Shown here piece after piece: positions 59,810-64,000 of a DNA stretch of 64,000 bases (position 1 is the first letter of the stretch; each line of letters begins with the position of its first letter). Position numbers and translations under genes: made by a program. Under the pieces are notes generated by a model. It had not been told where the DNA came from, made no database searches, and was given only the letters and a program-made list of their open reading frames with translations. Origin of the DNA: Treponemataceae bacterium (GTDB lineage: Bacteria > Spirochaetota > Spirochaetia > Treponematales > Rectinemataceae); contig CAXXGJ010000006.1 of the NCBI GenBank assembly GCA_963677895.2, positions 288,001 through 352,000 of the forward strand, written 5' to 3'.

Positions 59810-60841
59810 ATGAAACATTTTCTTTTCATTATCGCCGCGGCGACCATTTTCTTTTTCCCCGCAACCACCCTTTTTGCCTTCGATTACGTTCCGGTACAAA
59901 TTTCCGTCGTCCCGGGCGTAGCCCTGCCCTTCAGCGCCGACCGGGCCGGCATCGTGCTGGGTTCGATCGGAAACATATCGGGCAGAGTGGACCTTCTCCA
60001 GGCGGCCGGCGTCTTCAACATCGCCGATGATATTCGCGGATTGCAGGCCGCGGGCGTCTTCAACATCGCCGACGACACCATGGAAGGCATTCAGGCGGCC
60101 GGCGTGTTCAACATAGCGGGAGATGCCTATACCCCCGTGCAGCTGGCTGGCGTATTCAACATAGCGGATGGCGTGGAGGGGATCCAGGCCGCCGGTGTGT
60201 TCAATATTGCCGGTGATGTCGATGGGGCGCAGGTCTCGCCGGTGTTCAACATAGCGGACGACGTGCGCGGATTCCAGGTGGGAATCGTCAACGTGGCCGA
60301 TCGCGTGGATGGCATTCAACTTGGACTCGTGAACATATCCTCCAATGGCGTCTTCGAACTATCGGGATCCTGGGAATCTCAAACCGAGTATGTCTACGGA
60401 ACCTTGAAGACGGGCAATACCTCGGTCTTCGGGATTTACTCGATCGCCATGCCTCGAGACGATTGGTTCAATATTCCCGATAACACCGTGCTGTCGGCGG
60501 GACTGGGAACGAGGATCGGCGACTCGCGCAGCCTCCATCTCGATCTCGCGGTATCGGCTTCCCAGGCGACGGGACCGGACATAGACGGATTTTTCGATGC
60601 TTTGGGCTATCGCGGCGGCCGCAGACCGGAAGATGTCCTGGCTCCCTGGCCAACCCTCGACGCGAGCCTTTCCCTGAAGCTGGGCGCGCTCCGCCTGACC
60701 GGAGGCTTCCGCTCCGACATCCTGCTCGCCGCGGCGCCGAACCTGCCATCCGCCCTCGCGAAAGGCTGGGCCTTCTCCGACACGTGGTTCGGCGAGAGCT
60801 TCACGGCCTGGACCAAATGGTACATCGGCGTGGGATTCTGA
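59810..60841 (+). CDS. Exported repeat protein (LA_2272-like repeats) with probable C-terminal beta-barrel
   Basis: Signal peptide; about 8 G.Q.AG.FN.A repeats; ends WYIGVGF. Confidence 0.78.
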   Translation: MKHFLFIIAAATIFFFPATTLFAFDYVPVQISVVPGVALPFSADRAGIVLGSIGNISGRVDLLQAAGVFNIADDIRGLQAAGVFNIADDTMEGIQAAGVFNIAGDAYTPVQLAGVFNIADGVEGIQAAGVFNIAGDVDGAQVSPVFNIADDVRGFQVGIVNVADRVDGIQLGLVNISSNGVFELSGSWESQTEYVYGTLKTGNTSVFGIYSIAMPRDDWFNIPDNTVLSAGLGTRIGDSRSLHLDLAVSASQATGPDIDGFFDALGYRGGRRPEDVLAPWPTLDASLSLKLGALRLTGGFRSDILLAAAPNLPSALAKGWAFSDTWFGESFTAWTKWYIGVGF

Positions 60842-60922
60842 CTATACCTTCAAGCGAAAAATATCCTATAGTTGGGGACATCCCGCGAAAATAGTCGCGC
60901 GCGATCGAAGAGGCTATTTACA

Positions 60923-62245
60923 ATGGATGTCCTGCTCGGTGTACTGCTGACGTTTCTGCTGCTGGTATTTTCCGTCCTGAATGGAGTATTTGTCGGCTTT
61001 GCCTTGCTCGCCGGCTTTTTCGCCTTCGCGTTCATAGCCTGGAAAAGAAAGTTCTCGGTGAAGGCGATCGCCGGGATGGCTTGGATTGGCGGCGGCAAGG
61101 CTTTGCATGTAATAAGAGTACTCGTGCTGATAGGCGGACTCACCAGCGTCTGGATGGCTTCGGGTACGGTACCCGGAATCATCTATTATGGAATCACCTA
61201 CCTGAACCCGAAATACTTTCTCCTATACGCCTTCCTCATAAGCAGCTTAGTATCGTTTCTCCTTGGAACCTCGCTGGGCACGGCGAGCACGATAGGCGTG
61301 GCCCTGGCCCTCATCGCCAGGAGCGGAAACATAAACATGAGCATGCTCGCGGGCGCCGTCATGTCGGGCGTCTATTTCGGCGACCGCTGCTCGCCCATGT
61401 CTTCGAGCGCCTATCTGGTAGCCACTCTGACCGGGACCAAGCAGCACGCGAATATAAAGAATATGCTGAAGAGCGGCGCTCTTCCCTTCGTTGCCGCGCT
61501 TGTCTGCTACCTCATCCTCTCGCTCCTGAACCCTCTGACTTCCCTCGCCATGAAGACTACAGGCGAGATCCTGAAGGCTTTCGACATCAATCTTCTGGTC
61601 CTGGTGCCGGTCCTTCTGGTCCTCCTTTTCTCCCTGCTGAGAGCCAGAATCGAATATACGATCTTGATCGGTCTCGTTTCCGCTTTCGGCATCGCCATGG
61701 CGCTGAACCACTACGGCTTTCTGGAGCTGGCGCGTTTTATCGTCACGGGCTTCGCCATGGAACCCGAGAGTCCTCTGCGGAGCATGCTGAAAGGCGGCGG
61801 ACTCCTTTCCATGGTGAAGGCTTCGATCGTCGTCATGATTTCCTGCGCGCTTTCGGGCATTTATGAGGGAACCGGCATGCTGAAAGATATAGAGACGCTG
61901 ATGATGAAGGCTAAGAGCCGTAGAAGCCTCTTCGTCCATACCCTGGCGGTCAGCCTGGGAACGGCTTCCTTCGGCTGCAGCCAGACGATCGCGACCGTCC
62001 TTACCCATCAGATAATGAGGAAAAGCTACGAGTCCAGGAAAATCGACCAGTATCAGTTCGCGCTCGATCTCGAAAATACGGGCATCGTTCTGGCAGCCAT
62101 GATTCCATGGAACGTCGCGGCTTTCGCGGTTACGTCGACCATCGGCGTGGACAGCGTCGGGTATCTGCCCTATGCCTTTTATCTGTATCTACTTCCGCTT
62201 TTCGGCATTTCCGGGATAGGAAGCTGGCGAAAACTCAAATCATAG
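60923..62245 (+). CDS. NhaC-family Na+/H+ antiporter
   Basis: WMASGTVP, GTSLGTASTIG, SGVYFGDRCSPMSSS, IPWN. Confidence 0.9.
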   Translation: MDVLLGVLLTFLLLVFSVLNGVFVGFALLAGFFAFAFIAWKRKFSVKAIAGMAWIGGGKALHVIRVLVLIGGLTSVWMASGTVPGIIYYGITYLNPKYFLLYAFLISSLVSFLLGTSLGTASTIGVALALIARSGNINMSMLAGAVMSGVYFGDRCSPMSSSAYLVATLTGTKQHANIKNMLKSGALPFVAALVCYLILSLLNPLTSLAMKTTGEILKAFDINLLVLVPVLLVLLFSLLRARIEYTILIGLVSAFGIAMALNHYGFLELARFIVTGFAMEPESPLRSMLKGGGLLSMVKASIVVMISCALSGIYEGTGMLKDIETLMMKAKSRRSLFVHTLAVSLGTASFGCSQTIATVLTHQIMRKSYESRKIDQYQFALDLENTGIVLAAMIPWNVAAFAVTSTIGVDSVGYLPYAFYLYLLPLFGISGIGSWRKLKS

Positions 62246-62258
62246 CAGACGAGGAACC

Positions 62259-63608
62259 ATGGAACATAACGACGCGCAATACGCAAAAATGACACAGCTG
62301 CCTATAGGAAGGCTGATTTCGTCGCTGGCTGTCCCGACGATCATAAGCATGCTGGTAACCTCGATCTACAATATGGCCGATACTTTTTTCGTTTCCAGGA
62401 TCGGGACGAGCGCGTCTGCGGCGGTAGGAATCGTGTTTTCCCTCATGGCGATCATCCAGGCCGCGGGATTCACCATCGGCATGGGTTCGGGCAGCTGGAT
62501 TTCCCGGCTGCTCGGAATGCATAGGACCGAGGAGGCGAACAAGGTCGCCTCGAGCGGATTCTTCATGTCCATCTTCTTGGGAATACTGCTCGCCATTGCC
62601 GGCGTCATTTTCATCGATTCTCTCATGCACATACTGGGCGCGACCGATACCATCCTGCCCTACGCCAAGGCTTACGCGAGCTATATCCTGCTTGCCGCGC
62701 CCATCATGATGGCTTCTTTCGTGCTCAACAACATCCTGCGCTCGGAAGGCAAGGCCAAATTCGCCATGATCGGCATCGCGACGGGCGGCATCCTCAACTG
62801 CGGCCTGGATCCGCTTTTCATCTTCACGTTCAGGATGGGCATCGCGGGAGCGGCCGTCGCTACCGCCCTCAGTCAGCTCATAAGCTTCATCATTCTCCTG
62901 GCTGTCTTTCTGAACGGCAGGACTATCGTGAAGATTGGCGCGGGGAGCATGGCGAAAAGACCCGATACCTATCTGCGGATCATAAAAAACGGGCTTCCAT
63001 CTTTCTGCCGGCAGGGGCTCGCGAGCGTTTCCACCGTCGCGTTGAACGTGAGCGCGGCCTTCTATGGCGACGCCGCCGTGGCGGCGATGTCCATCGTCAC
63101 GAAGATTTTCATGTTCATCTTCTCGATCATTCTCGGTGTCGGGCAGGGATATCAGCCGGTGGTAGGGTATAACTATGGCGCGAAAAAGATGGGGCGAGTC
63201 AAGGAAGCCTTTTTTTTCACGTTGAAAACCAATGTCGCGGTGATGACCACCTGCGCGATAGCGGGATACCTGGCCGCCCCGGCGCTGATCAGACTTTTCA
63301 TAGCCAGCGACGCTGAGGTGATTCGCGTCGGAACCGTGGCTCTACGCGCGCAGTGTCTCGCGATGCCGCTTATGCCCCTTGGCGTGATGTGCAACATGAC
63401 CTTTCAGTCCATCGGGAAATCTTGGACGGCGACGATTTTATCGGCGGCCAGGCAGGGCATCTTCTTTCTGCCGCTGATCCTCGTCCTGCCGGGATTTTTC
63501 GGTCTGCTGGGCGTCCAGATCACCCAGCCGCTGGCCGATCTCTGTACCTTCCTGTTCTGCATCCCCTTCATTCTGCGCTTTTTCAGGGAACTGAAGACCC
63601 AAGCGTAA
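62259..63608 (+). CDS. MATE-family efflux transporter
   Basis: IYNMADTFFV, LRSEG, LDPLFIF, GYNYGA. Confidence 0.93.
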   Translation: MEHNDAQYAKMTQLPIGRLISSLAVPTIISMLVTSIYNMADTFFVSRIGTSASAAVGIVFSLMAIIQAAGFTIGMGSGSWISRLLGMHRTEEANKVASSGFFMSIFLGILLAIAGVIFIDSLMHILGATDTILPYAKAYASYILLAAPIMMASFVLNNILRSEGKAKFAMIGIATGGILNCGLDPLFIFTFRMGIAGAAVATALSQLISFIILLAVFLNGRTIVKIGAGSMAKRPDTYLRIIKNGLPSFCRQGLASVSTVALNVSAAFYGDAAVAAMSIVTKIFMFIFSIILGVGQGYQPVVGYNYGAKKMGRVKEAFFFTLKTNVAVMTTCAIAGYLAAPALIRLFIASDAEVIRVGTVALRAQCLAMPLMPLGVMCNMTFQSIGKSWTATILSAARQGIFFLPLILVLPGFFGLLGVQITQPLADLCTFLFCIPFILRFFRELKTQA

Positions 63609-63652
63609 TCGAGGGCCGGCAGGGCGCGGATGAGGCCGCCGATGAGGGGCAG

Positions 63653-64000
63653 CTAGGGCTGGCGCAGAAGATCCATGTAGCCTGCCAGCGACTCGCAGCG
63701 GAAACCCTTGAAGCCAGTCACCGAGGAAGCGCAGACCATGGAATTCAGCACCGCTTCCTCGGCGCTTTCCGCCGAGGCCCTGAAGAGAAGCTCGAGGCGC
63801 TCTTCCCTGACCATCGAAATCTCGATGATGTCGCTGTCGCCGGAAACGCTCTGGGCCGTCGAAAATCCCAGGAACACCTCGCCCGAGCCGTGGCCGATGA
63901 AGGAACCCAGGCGCGCCAGACCGACCGATCCGCGCTTGATCACGCGTTTGAGCTGGCGGCTCGACAGCGGCGCGTCGGTGGCGAATACGAGGATGACGGA
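63653..64000 (-). CDS. Peptidase S58/DmpA-family protein (5' end outside the window)
   Basis: GLARLGSFIGHGSGEVFLGFSTA, EEAVLNSM. Confidence 0.82.
   Translation of the reverse strand, partial: SVILVFATDAPLSSRQLKRVIKRGSVGLARLGSFIGHGSGEVFLGFSTAQSVSGDSDIIEISMVREERLELLFRASAESAEEAVLNSMVCASSVTGFKGFRCESLAGYMDLLRQP

Noticed and set aside
59994..60340. Regularly spaced DNA repeats resembling a CRISPR array
   Set aside because: They are in-frame coding repeats with synonymous variation, and no cas genes are present.

Overview
A gene-dense, GC-rich bacterial chromosomal window of mostly metabolic and transport genes. Spirochaetota is my best guess, inferred from spirochete-style lipoproteins and a beta-barrel protein. 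I saw no rRNA, tRNA, CRISPR array, transposase, integrase or reverse transcriptase. In order, it holds: an InrS/CsoR-type sensor; a divergent TetR/DUF4386 pair with twin operators; a candidate riboswitch leader ahead of an unannotated 50-aa membrane peptide; a DUF1566 lipoprotein; a MerR(NmlR/AdhR)-aldo/keto reductase-flavodoxin-DUF362 operon; a start-less lipoprotein remnant; tcdA-thrC; an NCS2 permease with an amidohydrolase; and an Arg-less TRAP transporter. Divergent from the TRAP genes is a molybdenum hydroxylase whose large subunit is fused to an FAD subunit that carries a complete inserted GltD/NfnL-like NADPH module. Next come a 904-aa PHP-fold membrane protein, a B12 radical SAM, and trkH-kdpD-kdpE with a KdpE-type box. 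Two convergent peptide/opine ABC operons carry creatininase-like, nitrilase, RraA-like and twin alanine-dehydrogenase-like genes. The window ends with CorA, an acyltransferase, a repeat surface protein, NhaC, MATE and a partial S58 peptidase. The best leads are the Mo-enzyme/TRAP system (15.2-24.0 kb) and the riboswitch-like leader with its small protein (1.96-2.43 kb). All family calls come from motif recognition by eye; no searches were run.
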